Counted from the stretch's first letter, positions 1 to 13,891 are shown. The stretch: 64,000 nucleotides of DNA from Raillietiella orientalis (GCA_036172245.1 JAYWIR010000038.1:1178001-1242000), one strand, 5' to 3'. Notes: generated by a model not told the origin, from the sequence alone. Program-made: numbers and translations.

Positions 1-923
1 CCACTGGCGACGGCTTCCAATCGCAGAGCTGGGACGCGCCCATAGCAAACGGTAACATCAAGCTTTTCAAATTCTCAGCTTCGTTTGCATGCCTTTGCTT
101 GAAAGCAACCATTTCTTTCTTACAAGTGCTTGTCTCGTGCTTTATCTAACGGTTTATCAATCATTCCTTTTTTCTTTAAAGAAGAAAAAAAAACCCTGCA
201 AATACGAACGTGCCTTTTTCGGCTGCATTTCCTTTCCATGGCACACGTCGTGCACGCGACGTCGCCAGAAAGGCTGGCCGCGATATTTACGGTAGTTCGC
301 AGTGCTGACGCGAGATGGGGGAGGGGAAGATTCGGGTCTCCCGATTGCAGGCGCCATTCCGAGGGGTGATTAGCATCATCGAAGGGGGAGACAGGGAGGA
401 GGGAAAGGAGCAGTTCGTTCTGCTACTCGAGAGAGCAGCGTGGTAAGACGGAGCTGCCGGCATGCTGCCGGCGAACCCCTGGCTGCGGAAAAAGGGGCGA
501 GTGGCACGTCGCGGCCAGACGGCATGGTGAGCGGTAGGACGGACGTGCATCGGAGACGTTTTGAAAGGCCTCGCCCCCAACGACCGACGAAAACGACGCA
601 AGCGGGACACCGCTGGCTCCGTCATCCGTTCGCGTCTCAAGGAGCTCCGCAAGGTCACTGCAGACCGGCACGCGCCGCCGACTTCCACAGAGGTCGCCGC
701 CCCACAAAGGGTGGGGGAGATGCATAGATGTTCTCCCTCCACGCTGGGTGGGGACGCGCGAGATACGCACACGGAAGCGGGTTCCAGAGCACTCGCACTG
801 CCCTTTGCCTCGGCCCCCGCTGAGCCAGCCGAAGGGGACGGCGTAGCCCCTTCGGCTGGTGAGCGAGCGACCGGAGAAGGGGCGCCAGCGGATCTCTGGA
901 GGGAAGGAAAGGGGCGGACTTGC

Positions 924-1104
924 CTCCAGAGTCGCTCCAGTGGAAGTTGGGGTCCAGACCCTTGCTGCACATCTTCGTGATCTTGTCGGGCAGGCCGGAG
1001 TTGACGAACTCCATGAACCGCTTGATGTTGGCGCGGGAGTGGATGTTCTTGATCTGCTTGGCGTCCAGGTTGAGCAACTTGTACACCCGCCGCTTGTACT
1101 TGAG
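924..1104 (-). CDS. Shank: Shank/Prosap coding exon (end of SPN domain, start of ankyrin region); gene continues off the left edge
   Basis: LKYKRRVYKLLNLDAKQIKNIHSRANIKRFMEFVNSGLPDKITKMCSKGLDPNFHWSDSG. Acceptor ccccttgcgcag; ends GGAG|gcaagt (GC donor, phase 1). Confidence 0.95.
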
Positions 1105-1216
1105 CTGCGCAAGGGGAAGAAGGGGACGTTGAGAGGAACAATCAAAAGGGTAGCAGGGGGATGGGAGAGAGCCATGCGGGCAGAGACCGTGGAGGACACA
1201 GGGGAGAGGGTCTTAC

Positions 1217-1342
1217 CTCGAGGTAGCCGACGGGCTCCGGGAATGGATAGTCGCTGAGGGGCCGCTCCTCGTCCAGGAACTTCCCGGCCTTCCCGTTGCA
1301 AGGAGGGTAGTAGAGCCCGTAGTTGAAGCTCTCGTGGAGTTC
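1217..1342 (-). CDS. Shank: Shank/Prosap coding exon
   Basis: ELHESFNYGLYYPPCNGKAGKFLDEERPLSDYPFPEPVGYLE contains the Shank signature YGL..P..GKAGKFLDEER. Acceptor ctcttgcag; donor GAG|gtaaga; 126 nt, phase 0/0. Confidence 0.96.
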
Positions 1343-1873
1343 CTGCAAGAGAAGAGCAGGAGATCAGGGGAGGGAGGAGAGAGGTGCAGGCCGCTGGATC
1401 CCTAGCGGACTCTGGAAGCTGCTGACTCCCCCGGAGGCTCAAGGGGTCTCTCCTTCCTCCGACGGGCAGGGCTCCAAAAGAGGGTTTCGACCGCTGACCC
1501 TCCTCCTGTCCCTTGGCGTGCCTGCGGAGAGCCCGCCGTCGAGGGATAGGTCGCCCGCAGGCTCGCAAGGAGGGTCGTGGGCTGCCCTCCCCTCTTCCGC
1601 ATGCCGGGGGGCCAGTGGCGTCCTATCCCTAGAGTTCCCTCCGGGACGCTGAAGGCGGCGGTCTCGAGACGCGCTCCGCGTCATCAACGGCAAACCGAAG
1701 GGGGTCGGGAAGAGCCGAGGGAGACCGCATCGTCCCCGTGGGCCTAGTGCCGCAGGGGATGGAGGAGCGCGCGCTGATCCTCAATGCCTCCGCAGGACGC
1801 CGGCATGGCCGCACTTGCAGGGGCGGATGGGGTCGCGCGTGCACCTCCGCCTTGCTCTCCTACCCGTCGTTAC

Positions 1874-2149
1874 GTAGTAGCAGGGAGGAGCACTTTGCGG
1901 GCTCGGGACGGCGGACTCCGGGAGCCGAGTTCGCCCCAAGGGTCCTTGTACGAATCGCCGCCGCCGTTTCATCAGCGAGACGATGAGGTCATCATCGTCA
2001 TCACCGACTGCACCCCGGGCTCGCATCATTACCATCGCATCGCAAGCTCGACGCCGCCGCAGCCCGTCTTCGTCTCCAAGAATGTCGGCACGGTCGCCGT
2101 CGTCGTCGTCACCATCATCACCCACCAGCGCCGACACTACCACCACCAT
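1874..2149 (-). CDS. Possible alternative first coding exon of Shank
   Basis: ATG-initiated acidic ORF ending ...LMKRRRRFVQGPLGRTRLPESAVPSPQSAPPCYY, followed by a phase-0 gtaacg donor compatible with exon 1342-1217. The donor is weak and the 5' half is trinucleotide low-complexity. Confidence 0.3.
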
Positions 2150-4609
2150 TAGACAGTCACGTGTCGCACGAAGCAGACGCGCTTTCCAGATGCAGCGTGC
2201 AATTAAAGGAACATTAGGAGCGCCGAAGAGGGTGCGCCAAATTAGCTCTTCTCTGCTGCTGCTGCTGCTGCCGCTACACGCGAAGATGCTGTGGATCTCC
2301 CTCGCGGGGCGCTCGCGAGAGGCCGGCGCCGTCTTCCCTTTCGTACGGACCCCAAGGGCCAGTCGTTCCGGGATGGGAGCACGGAAACGGAAAAAAATGC
2401 GTTTTTAATTGACGGGAGCGCGTGCCCCAGGGTTTCACCCTCCTCCTTCACCAACCCACCGAAATCGCAGCCGCCGCCGCGCATACTGCAATGGGGGAGT
2501 TCCCGAAGACCTTCCCACCACTCGGAAGCGGGAAGAGCGGTCGAAGGAAAGGAACCCCTCTGTTCTGCGAGGAGGAATGCTCAAACGAAGACAAGGCCGG
2601 ACCCTTTTGTCCCTCCCTTTCCTACACCACGCGACTGTCCCTTCGTGCGAAGGCAGGCAACCATCCCTGCCACCTTCCCATCATGCCACGCGCTCCGCAG
2701 TGGCGAGCCGAGCAGCTCATGCTCTGGAGCGGGAGGAACCGCTCACAACGGGAGAGAGGAAGAAGCTCGATGTTTCCCAGGGAAGCTGCTCTGGTAGTCA
2801 GGTTCCACAAAAAGGGAAAGGCAGACAAGAAGTGCGGCCGTTTCACTGCAAACATAAAATGAGGAAAGGAAAGGAGGGAGGGGGAGGGGGGGGACCTGGC
2901 AAGCAAGCATTTGGAATGTCACAACCAGAACGTGGTCCTGGACGGAGACGTCGCCGCAAGGAAAGAAGTCGGCTAGAAGACTTCATTCAACAGGCTTCCT
3001 GCCACTACAACTCCTTTGTCCGTTTCGAAAGACAACGGAAACAGAGGCACGTGAGTCATCGCCGCCTAATGATCCGTGAAAAAAAAAAAAAAAAAAAAAA
3101 CCTACATTTTTGTCTGCTCTCCAAGAGATTCCAAGTCGGCCACACGAACGGGGGGATCTCGCCGGAGCAAGAACACGTGTTCCAACAGCAGCGTGTTGGT
3201 GGGCCCTGTTCCGCTGAATAATCCGTACTGCCGCGAGCGAAGTGGGTCAAACACTCGAGGAACCTGTGTCGAAGCGACGCTCACACACGTATATATAACC
3301 TAATCAACAATGCGCGTAGCCTACATGTAACCTGCGCTTCTTCGGCTGTCGCCATGGCACTCCGTAAACAGGAGAAAAACACCCCCACTCCGCACACACT
3401 TAACGCACGAGTTGTGTGCACTGTGTTTGTGTGAGCCTGAAGTGTCGGGGTGTCACCATTGCTACAGTGTTTCTAAACGCTGTGCACGACATTGCGAAAG
3501 AGCCTTTGTTTCCACGTCAATCCTTCCAATGAGGAAATTTTTCACCCATCACTCTGTTTTGAACGCGGCGGACATTTGCAATGGGAATGTTTGGTGATCT
3601 CCTCCTCTGAACTGCGTGATGATGATGCCGATGGAAAAGAGAGATTCGGATCGAGGAGGCAGTAAGCAAGACGTTGTTGTAGCGAGCGAGTGATGCCGAC
3701 TGCCATATCATGCAATTTTAATTTGCAAAGTCTTTAAAAGGTTTCGGCCAGATGGTGATGTATCTGAATTAGGGATGCTTTGTGATCGCAAGTGATTTGT
3801 CTCCGACTATTGAAAAAGAAGGCTTATCCTCCTCCTCCCCCCCCCCCCTCTCTATTTGCACACGATTATTTATTGCGCATGAAAAAAGTGTACTTGGATG
3901 TAGTAGTTTGGTGCAATGATGTAATTGCATCAAAGGAGGCTGAATTAATTTTCATTCCGAAAAAGAAGAAAAAAAAAAAAGCCTTCGCTGATATGGTCAC
4001 CTTTTTGGACATCAAACGGATTTGGGAAATTACTGATTGGTTCGATTGAAAGTGCTATCCATAGATACAGCAAGAAATACTTTCTGAATGAACTCGTGCT
4101 AAGTAGGTTACATTACGCAGAAGCAATTACATTTCGGAAACTTGAAAATCAAGGGGAAAAAAAAAAAAAAAAAAGAATGAGTGAAAAGTTGCGGTGAAAG
4201 TTTTTTTCCATGGCATGCCTGAAAATACATGATATGGGGACCTGTACAGCCTGTAATGATGAGTGTGTGGATTTTTCAAATGAGAAGCACAATCAATGCA
4301 TTCGATGAGTATTCATCGCAGAATCATTCGCTTCAGATGTTCAGTAACGCACGCCTGTGTGAACATTTCGAGGCAGAAAAATTTGTTTTCAATATTTTAT
4401 GGTGGGGCCAAAGGCAGAATGCAGAAGAGTACGTGATCTTCCAGATGACCTTTCACGAAAGGTCATCTGGAAGAGGCATGCTAAACGTGGCCATAATACA
4501 TAATTATTAACAATTAGCAATTATTAAATCAGGAAGAATGTAAACGACTCTGGAGTAATTCAGTCGTTTGCATATGCAATATCATTTTCGATAAGAGGCC
4601 CATACTCCG

Positions 4610-4950
4610 GGTAGAGGGGCCTCACTCTGAATCCAAATCTTTTACAAAATAAATAAGAGGTGCTTTCTACCGTAATTTCCCCAAAGCCCTTGGAAGCATC
4701 TAAAGCACTCGAATGTTCGGATTCACGGGCACAGATTACGCTATATTTTAGGGTGTAAGATTCCTTGAGAATGCCAAACGTCTTGGAATGGGTTGGTCTC
4801 TTTTGGTATAATGTACGCAGTATGAGACAAATGCGTTTCTTTCCCAGAGTTCTATTTCGAAGAGTTGATTTTCCGCCGCTCAGCAGCCCGTGCTGCTCAA
4901 AGATTTTTTCTTTTAAGAACGAGCAATCTGGGCCCAGCTGCCATGGAATT
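4610..4950 (-). mobile_element. Gypsy-like gag relic
   Basis: TFGILKESYTLKYSVICARES...GEITVES...CKRFGF. Confidence 0.3.
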
Positions 4951-7900
4951 TTAGAAAGTGCTGAAATCTTTTTCATAAAAAGAACTCCGCTTTTACCTCC
5001 AGATACTGTCTGAGTGAAGCATATGACGGCGTATGCACACGAAAACCATAAAGAAAAGAAAAGAATCAGAAAGGGAATATTTCTCCGAAGGAGGAATTTA
5101 TTAATTTACCATTTCGCTTTTGTGATCTTCGCAATTATCCACTTCAGAAAAAGAGGCAAACTCAATGGAAATTCGAGTGAAGGAGCGCGCATAGAGAGAA
5201 GGCAATAAGAAGCTTCAAAAGACTTCAAACGCTGCGAGTGGGTTTCCCAATCTTCCCTGGGATGGAGCAGAGTGATTTCTGGTGCAATTCTGAACACTTT
5301 CCGGAGCAGGTCTTTAGACTTTCTCTGTATTTAAGACGCCTAATGAATTCCTGCTTCCACAGAAAAAGGATTGCCCCAACGGGCTGCATCTCTCATCACA
5401 CAGAATCAACTCTTTTTAAGGGAGAGCGGGATGAACATATTGATGCTTGTTGACTTTCGACCTCTTGGAAGCCACGTAAGTGGAATCACGCGGGAAGACA
5501 CAAGAGAGAAGTGGCATTCCTCTCCATCGAACCTTTTGGCACACTTCAAGTCGTACAAGGATAAGGAACGCTAAACACTCAAACTGCGTCCCAAAAGCCT
5601 GTTTGTTCCCAAAATATGGAGGTGTCCCCAAAACTTTAGGAGAAGGAACAAGGGAACAGGCTAGCTGCATGTGGCTTTAATACGGATTAACCCATCATGA
5701 CGATTTGATGCATTTTGAACTGCCTTTTTACAGTTATGGTGCGGAAGCACATACAGGAATAATTGCTGTTTTTCATATCTTTCCGTATTTATGGGGGTGC
5801 AAGTGTGCAGCAAGTACTCTTAATTTGACAGTATTTTCGATAAAGGCTGGTTCTGTAGAGGACGAATGTTTGGAAGAAGAAAATTAAATATCCACAGGTG
5901 TTGTCTCAAATGAACTGCAGATGCGTCCTCTTTTTCTTTTTTTTTTTTTTTTACTCAAAATAGCGAATCATGCTGTGAACGGAAAAGGAAAGGCAGTGAA
6001 ACCAAAGGTCCATGTGCATGTATGTACCTACGGGTGTTTTCCTAGAACCATTGAAAGGATACTGGCTTCTACATCATCAATACATAAGGAACCATATTCG
6101 CTTCATTCAAGGCAATTCAGTCTAAACCGAGTGAATTCGGTTTCCCCTTAGTCATGGTGGAGGCAATCAGCATTTTCTCATCCACAATCTTGCAAATGAT
6201 ACAGGAAAATTCCAAAATTCTGTCTATGACATAATAACAGTAATAATGAACGATTGCAGCCCCAATCCGTTTATGGAATGATTGGCTCATTTTGGATGGA
6301 AGTTCCTTTTTTTTTTTTTTTTTTTCCTTTCTTTTTTCTTTTTTTTTTTAAAAAAAAAGAAAACTCTTACATCGAAATAGAATCAAAAGCCACTGATGAG
6401 TCACTAATGTAGATCACTATTGAAGAGTCAGCATACATCGCTTTTCAAGAGAACGGAGAGAACAGCTTTGGGGATTACAAACGATGAGGGAAAAATAACA
6501 TTGCGCCACAAACCTGTTGGAAAAGAAAACCCCACAAGAAGAAGAAATTCTAATTATTCAATGCTTCCATTTCTTGCTTACGGTGATTTCGGCATATGGT
6601 CATTATGAGAACGTGCCTGTCTCACAATGAACGACTTCGAGCGAAACTGATTTTGCATCCGGCAATCACAATATCTACCCGTGTGTCAACTCAGCGTCGC
6701 CGAGACAACGGCTACAACAGATAATCTTAGCAGACTATTTGTTCCCTCCTAATCAGCGTGTTTGATTACCATGTTTGATTGATGGCTCACATTTGCCAAA
6801 GAAAAAAAAAAGTAACTGCTGATGAGAACGCCTGCATTCATAAACATGCCTATCAATCTACAAGAGTGAAGACAATCATGTCCGACATGTTTGTATGTAT
6901 TTTTGTCCGGGGATAATCAAGAGCATGAATAAAACATGAGCACCACTCGCTGCCGTCACTGAGAGTTCCCAGACAGTAAATAAAAAAGTATACAACTAAA
7001 AAAAAGATCAAGTGGTTTGCGTTTGTCAGCACTACGGTTCCGTAGAAGGGGTATCCTGAGAACTTACCAAATATCGGCAGACACAGGAAAGAAGTTTTTC
7101 GGGATACGCTAACCGAGAGATGCCTTAAATTTGCAACCAGACATTAGGGTTGGCATCTTTTCCTTCTCTTCTGAGTGCTGACTTTTGGAACACAGTAGAA
7201 CAATCGTTGCAGGAGGAAGAGTCCCCTGTAAACATGGCTGGCGGTGAACGAAGGACCAGTCCTGAGAAGGATGTCGATCGAATCCATGGAGTTCTCATTA
7301 GAGCCGAACAAAAGAGGGAAACCCGATGAAGATACAGGAAGACAAGGATTCTTAGCAAGTGATTCTTAAAAAAATTTTCCTTTCGCGGATTCCTTTCTCA
7401 GAAAACTGCAACTGAATGATGGGAGAAGACTGTTTGTTGGGAACAACAGGCACATTCGGTAAGCGAACAGCACTCGAGGCAAACAGTGAGCCCAGCGAAG
7501 CATTCTAACTTTTCGGAAAAGCCATATCCATGCAGCTGAGATGGGATCAAAAACTCAACCTAGCTCCAAGGCCCATGGAGGTTTTCAGGGTAGGTCATGC
7601 AAAAGCAACCATTTTCAACCGCAAAAAAAAAAAAAAAAAGAGGGGGGGGAAGGGGAGGACCTGGGGTCTCTGAATCCACATCATCGTCACCTCCAGTCGC
7701 TGGAGGCTCGTTCCTCGGCTTATTCGATTTTTTTTCGGACAAGTCAATGAGTTCACAGCATATTCGTTTTCCTTTCTTTTGCTTTCGCTTTTCCAAACAA
7801 GAGGAAGTACGATAAGAACAAATGATAGGAAGACCATGGAATCGGCCAACGACAGCGATGTCCTATTTTGCCGATCTCGAAATGCAAGCAGGACCTCGAT

Positions 7901-8279
7901 GGAGGGAGCAGAGTGGTTGAAGAAGGGCGCAGACACACAAACCTTGTGCTACCGGAACGGAAAACGGAACTGATAACAGAAGAGCAGGGCAATCGTCAAT
8001 GACCGCGACATCTTAGAAAAGCGGAACCAGCACGAATACCCGACTTTATGTCGAAAAACAGGCTTGCTGAAGCTTTTCAACTTACTTGCTAATTCACTTG
8101 GTTCCGCAGCTGTCTCCGTGGGGACAGGCAGAAACTTGGACTGTCAGACTACAGCAAGTCGAAGCGATGAGCGCAAGATATGTCCCATTTCCCATTCTTG
8201 GGAACTAGGGATGAGCTCATATAATAAGCCATCTTACCTTGAAGAAGTCAGAGAAGCTCCACAACTGTGGTTCAGATGC

Positions 8280-8640
8280 ATCCGCGCTCGCAGGGCATGA
8301 TTTCGTACGGTTAATAAGACTAGGAAGACAGTCACAGATCTTTCGATAAGAGCCGTGACAGTCCAGAACGAAATAATTTCTTGTAAGAAACACCGAGCTT
8401 CTCTTAAAGAAATTGAGCTTCTGAGACAACATGCGGACTCTAGGAGAAAGCCAAGCGTGCACCTCACCCCGAATTGCCCGAACAGTTCAAAGCAAGTTTA
8501 ACGCAACGAGAAAAGAAAAAAAAGAAGAGAGAAAGACCCTAAATACGGACGTTGCCTCTGTTTCTGGAGATGTGTCAAGGAGGAAATCTCGGATGATCTT
8601 TTGTCGATCTTCGTCATGTTCATGCCGCCATGACCGACTG
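8280..8640 (-). mobile_element. Gypsy-like gag relic
   Basis: DEDRQKIIRDFLL then WLSPRVRMLSQKLNFFKRS...LPSLINRTKSC, matching the gag PxxxxxxERxxFFxR...LAxxC layout. Confidence 0.3.
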
Positions 8641-9219
8641 ACCAAGAAGCAGATACACGTTATACTACGTTCTGCATGCCTCAAAACAAGATTTCGATTC
8701 CGTGTATCGAGACTGTATGAGAAAATTAGCTTGTGAAGGCCAATTTTCCGTTAACTGTGATTTCGAATTTTTTCCACAATAAGGATGTTCATTCAGATAT
8801 CGCAAAGGCATGGATGGCAAAACGTATGGAGATTTGGGTTTAAGATGGCTGAGAAAAGAAAGCATTCTCAGGAAGGAAACGAAAGCGAATCGCCGCTTCC
8901 GAGTTAACAGGACTCGAATGGGAGGCCAGCTTCCGAAGCTTCTAATGCATCCCTGAGGAAGGCCATTATTTCAAAGAAGACCTATGTTGAAGTGATGAGG
9001 AAACTTTTAACCGCTCGAAAGTTTATAGAGGAAGGTTTTCTCCATAATAGCTCTTTGAGAACGGGGCACACTACTCCTTATCTTTGTTTACGAACCTACT
9101 CTCAATGTGCTACGACGCAGCAGCCTCGGTTAGACCCCAGTAACTGGGCAGAACAAGAAACGCATCTGTGTGCACGTCTCCTATGAAGCAGTTCCAAAAT
9201 GAGTTTCGTTCCTTCCAAG

Positions 9220-10100
9220 ACGCTGAACGATGCAAACCTAGTCTCAGAACGAACCAGGAACCATAGCGGTCGTCGTTTACGCAAATACCATATTGGTCCA
9301 ATTGGCCAGACCCATCCCTAAAACAGAGTCTTCAGGATGGAAACTTCAGGAGAAGTCTCCATCCTGAAAGAAGCCAGTAGAAGACCACTTTTCTCTCAAA
9401 CCTCGTTATCCTCCACGTTGATCTACAGGAATGCAACAGTATGTGCGACACAATGTGGCCAAGCCCCTTGAACATTCGTCTCTCACTAGGGATCGGGAAT
9501 GGATGAACTGTTCCAAAGAGATAGAACGCCTAATTTGCGTCTCGATTTCCGAAGTGGCAGGTGAGAGGAAGGAAGGAAGTGTGTGGATACAAAATAACGC
9601 AGCAGCAATAGCGCCGAACAGGAGTCTGCAAGGAAACTGGTTTGATTTTCGAGGTGAATCTTCGGAAATCTTTGGGTTGCGGAGAAGTGTGTTTCCACCC
9701 GTTTCCATGGCATGAGCCGAGCGCGGCGCAGCAACAGGTGTGAGCTTTGAAGACATTCATCGCCACTGGACGGCGGTGAACGATGTGGTTAGCTCTAGCA
9801 GGTGCTCCACGGAAAAGCAGAGACGCGCAAGGCGTCGTGCGGGGCCTCTCCCGAATGGGGATGAGACCGGAAAAAGTGGCAGAAAGGTATCATCGCCTCG
9901 ATGCCTTTCCAGTTGGTCCTCAAACCGCCTGTCCTCTTGATGCCAAGATCTGCAACGCTCTCTTTCGACGTGTAAATGCACATCTAATTCGGCAGTAATT
10001 CGGGCGTACCTGATCATTACGCGATCAAAGCACACGCGGCATCGCGAAGGTAAGCCTATTGACCTCAAAGACGTCATTGCTGACTGAAGACCTTTGCCAT
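9220..10100 (-). mobile_element. Gypsy-like gag(-protease) relic in Shank intron
   Basis: LDVHLHVERERCRSWHQEDRRFEDQLERHR fits ERxxFxxxxQxxxExxDxxxxRLR. Downstream ETRFASFSVL resembles DTGASxSV. Confidence 0.4.
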
Positions 10101-10873
10101 CACTCAATGTCATGCTTCGGTTAGCGTCTCTCGCAGAGAGCGCCCCATGTTTCTTCCGCGAGAATCTGGATCGGAAGAGCTCGAATCTTTCCTGCTTTCA
10201 GCTCCTCTGATTCTCAAGGTTGCAGAAGAAGAAAACCTCTGCGTGGGACGGGAGTTTGTTCGCTCGCCAAACAATTTTACGGTGTGAGGACAATGCGATT
10301 TTCACCACGACTCTCAAGAGTTTGGAGCAGCGAATCAGGAAAAACTTCGCACATCCGCTCCAAAGCTCCGATCGAACAACGTACGTAAGAGGATGTACAA
10401 ACCGTTCACGGGTGCAGGTCTCTAAATACGCGTTGCCATACAAGTACGCAGACTCTGAACACATGTGTGCACGCATGTATTTAAGGCGGACAGATGCAAA
10501 AACTGCACGTGCAGATGCAAACGTACACGAGCACACAGGTGTTCTCGCTTACCTGCTGCGGTGTGCTCATTCATACGCGCTCCGATCGGCACGGGTCTGT
10601 AGGAAGGCACGTGCACGTCGACGTACTGCAGACTCTCGGCGCCCTGAGGCATCCCGGGCAACCTGAGCACGCATGCGCACATAAGCCGCGGCTTAGGGCG
10701 ACGACAGGACAGGTCTGGCTACACGTGCATTCTGAAACCTTCCCTCCAGCATCGATCTCCCAGCTTTCCCAAGGAACCCCTCTTCCCTTCCCTCGCATGA
10801 ACGGAGAGGCCGCTGTCCTCAGCTACCCTGCCCCGGGCAAGCGCGCTCGCGCTCGGCAAAAGATTCCCCTCAC

Positions 10874-11038
10874 CTTGGGCAGGGCGGCCAGACACTGGTG
10901 CTTCACGTCGCGCACGAGCTCGTCCGCGTGGAACTGGAAGCACTTCTGCACGCCGAGCTCTGGAACGTTCACCTCGACTAGGGTGAGCCTACCGTCCTCC
11001 GACCCATTCGAGGACGACGCGACTGGTATGACCTCCAT
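10874..11038 (-). CDS. Shank: Shank/Prosap first conserved coding exon (N-terminal SPN/FERM_f0-like domain); exon begins at acceptor 11062, ATG at 11038
   Basis: Translates MEVIPVASSSNGSEDGRLTLVEVNVPELGVQKCFQFHADELVRDVKHQCLAALPK, matching the Shank N-terminal pattern. Acceptor ttccag at 11064-11063; donor AAG|gtgagg at 10873; 55 codons, phase 0. Confidence 0.92.
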
Positions 11039-13855
11039 GTCCGCCAGCCAGCAGGGGGAAGCCTGGAACACACACGAGGATCAACGTGGGTTTAAAGTGG
11101 GAATGGGAAGGGAAGGAAATGGGTGGCTGGGAAACCATGAGCCGCGCGAGGAAGGGCCGATCCTCAGTACTAGATACTCTTCTCTGCCTGTGAAACGAGC
11201 TGGGGCAAGCATTTTCGGAGGGGTCCTTTCCCTCTCTTCCTTACCTAGTGGGAAGGGGAGCGTCGGGTCGCGGACCGACTGGTAATGTTTCCTCGGGTAT
11301 CCCCTGAGCGTTCACGGTGCATGCATTTACCCAGGATTATCCTGTGGCGATTTGCCGTTTGGGGAGGTGCGTGGCCTGCAACTCACCCCAGGAGTGAGGA
11401 AGGGACAGCTGTTGAGGTCAGAGCGGTGACCAAGGGGTTGATAATGAGACCCCGGTTTCCCACCCCCTGCACACTCGCCGGAACCGGTGAGTATGCAGGA
11501 GGTAACCCCTCACGAGAACCGGCGGCAACAGACTGCTCTTGCAGGAACCAAACGGACGCCGATCAACAACACAGGAAGCATCGAAAGAAGCCAGGGGCAA
11601 AAGAATGGGAGGGGAGAGAAAGTGTACATGATGTCCCACACCACTCCCTAGAGTGGGGAGCAGGTCGAGTCCCTGCTCCACTGTTCTCCCAAGCTAGCTT
11701 ACCACGAGGAACACAGCATGGAATCTCTCCCGACGACGAACTACCGGGGAGGAAGTCGAGGAAGCTTCTAAAGTGACCTGTAAGAGGTATGCCTTTTCTC
11801 GGATCAGAGAGCGGAGGAAAGGAACATTTGCCTCACGGGGGTTCAGAACGAACAGTAGGAACGGCGTCTCTTGGCTTCTTCTCCGAGATCTGCTGAGCTC
11901 CTTCTCCGAGGGAAGGCCCACCTCTACGAAGCTACCGTTCTTCCTACTTCCCTTCTGGGACACCCAGCCTTCGCTAAGAGCGGACTCCTTCGCTAAGGCC
12001 AAATGACTTGCATGCTATCCCGACACGAGCGGCCTCTCCGCCCTCTCTTCACTCCTTGGCCTTCTCCTCCTCCGCCGCCGTCGCCGTTACGCGACCCCGC
12101 GCTCGCGTGACCATCCAATCAGGACCGTCCGAGAGAACTCTGCACGACGACTGCGACCGCTGACGCCGAAGGAAGGGATGCCCTTCAAACCCCGCCTTCT
12201 TGGGGGATAGGGAGCTCGAGGGGGGAGGAGTCTCCCACTAGAAGAACTCCCACCCCCCCTAACCGATATGAGGTCGGGCAGGCGCAACACCTTCCTTTCC
12301 GTCCGCCCAGTCATCTGAAGCTCGCGCGCCATGCATCCGGACCCAGAAAGGGATGATACCATAGAGGTCCATGTTCGCAGTCTATTCCCGGGCACGGTGG
12401 ACCAAGACTTCAGATGAGCCGGGTTTGTGGGGAGGGCGGAAGACGGGGAGGAGGGGGAGGGGCAGTTTTTCCGCCTGCGTTGCCCGGCTATTCGTGGTCC
12501 TCTAGGGGACCACAGTGGATCGTTCCCGGGAAAGAGTTAGCGGTCCTTCCTCGAAAGGGATCCGTTCAAAGGCAGGAGGACCGATAGAGGATCTCCGTCT
12601 TTCGCACTTCCTGCAGAAACAGACCCGATTATCCTGAGGAGATGCTCCTCCTGCAGCAATGCACACACTCCCCAGCACCCTCGAAGGGACGAGTGGCTCC
12701 CCCCACTCAGCATCCTTGCCTTTCGAATTTTCCAAAGTTTCTCGGAGAGGCAAATTCCTGGTTGGAAACCTTGAGACTGAAGGATCGCTCGCTAAGTCCC
12801 GCGGTTGACCCCCCCTCCTTGGCCACGGGGCGAGCTCGGGGAACGCGCCTCCGTCTGGACAGTCCCGGCGCGGGATGTCGCGCGAACGTCGTTTCCGTCT
12901 GCGGAGGAAACGCACTCGGGCGAGGCGGCTCTCCTGGCTACCGCTCCTCACGGGGAAGATGGCCCGCTTCCACGTAGGCAGACCGTGAGACGGCGAAGGG
13001 AGAGCGGCAAAGCTCCCTCTCGCCCTGTCTAGTCGGGGACTGCGCTCCCGGTCACGTTTCCTCTCCTTCTCTCTACCCGAAGAACGAGCGAGCGAGCGCC
13101 CGTCCTCTCCAGACGTCGCTTCCCGGAGTGCCCTGCTCTCCTCGAGGTGATTAACCGGCTGCCGTTTCGGCGACGAGCTGATGGAATCCCCCGAGTGAAG
13201 CAGGGTCGAAGCGCGATGGCAAGGGTTGTTCCCAGGTACAATGGAGGCTGTGCCATTAAAGCAAAACAGCGGCGTGACATCCGCACGTGAATACGCGGGG
13301 CTATTCGTGGCAAGGAGAGAGTGGAAGACGTTCCCTGCGTCGCACGCTGCTCCTGGGCTCGGCGCCGGCACCGGCGTGAAGCCGCGTGCGAAGTACGGCA
13401 GAAGCCTTGGTGGGATCTGTTCGATTTCGATGCAGAGGGAACGTCGCTCTGGCTGCAATCCAACTCAAACGAAACCAACGCGCGCCTCGCATTGCCCTTT
13501 TTGCTCGAATGGGAGAGGAAGAAGAAAAAAAATTTGAAGACGAACGAACGAAAGTACAAGCAAATACACGGAAAACAGTAACGATGATGATGGGGGGGGG
13601 GGGAAGAAGGGGGGAGGGGAGAGGGCTATTACCCACGATCTGAAATTATTCCGAATGAGCCAAGAATTTTACGACATAACGCTGTAAGTTTCCTGTTCTG
13701 CACTTACACTTTGTTTCCCAACGGAACTGTTAGGAAAGCAGTTCAAGTTCCAGAGACGAAATTGGTATTGCGAAACCCGGCTATGCGGTTCTCGGAACGG
13801 TTCAAGGAACCGTACAGTGTAACCGCTTCCATTCCCGGATCAATACTTTGCAAGT

Positions 13856-13859
<4 letters not shown>

Positions 13860-13889
<30 letters not shown>
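13860..13889 (+). repeat. (CA)n microsatellite
   Basis: Direct reading. Confidence 0.95.

Positions 13890-13891
<2 letters not shown>

Noticed and set aside
6391..6430. CTGATGA hammerhead ribozyme core (also near 6818)
   Set aside because: No stem II followed by GAAA and no closing helices.
7840..7900. Ankyrin-like RDRQNRTSLSLA
   Set aside because: Single weak match, wrong position for Shank ankyrin exons, no supporting repeat.
8238..8640. Two apparent minus-strand exons, one with a good AAG|gtaaga donor
   Set aside because: No Shank similarity, and the flanking Shank exons join cleanly without them. The peptides fit a gag relic better.
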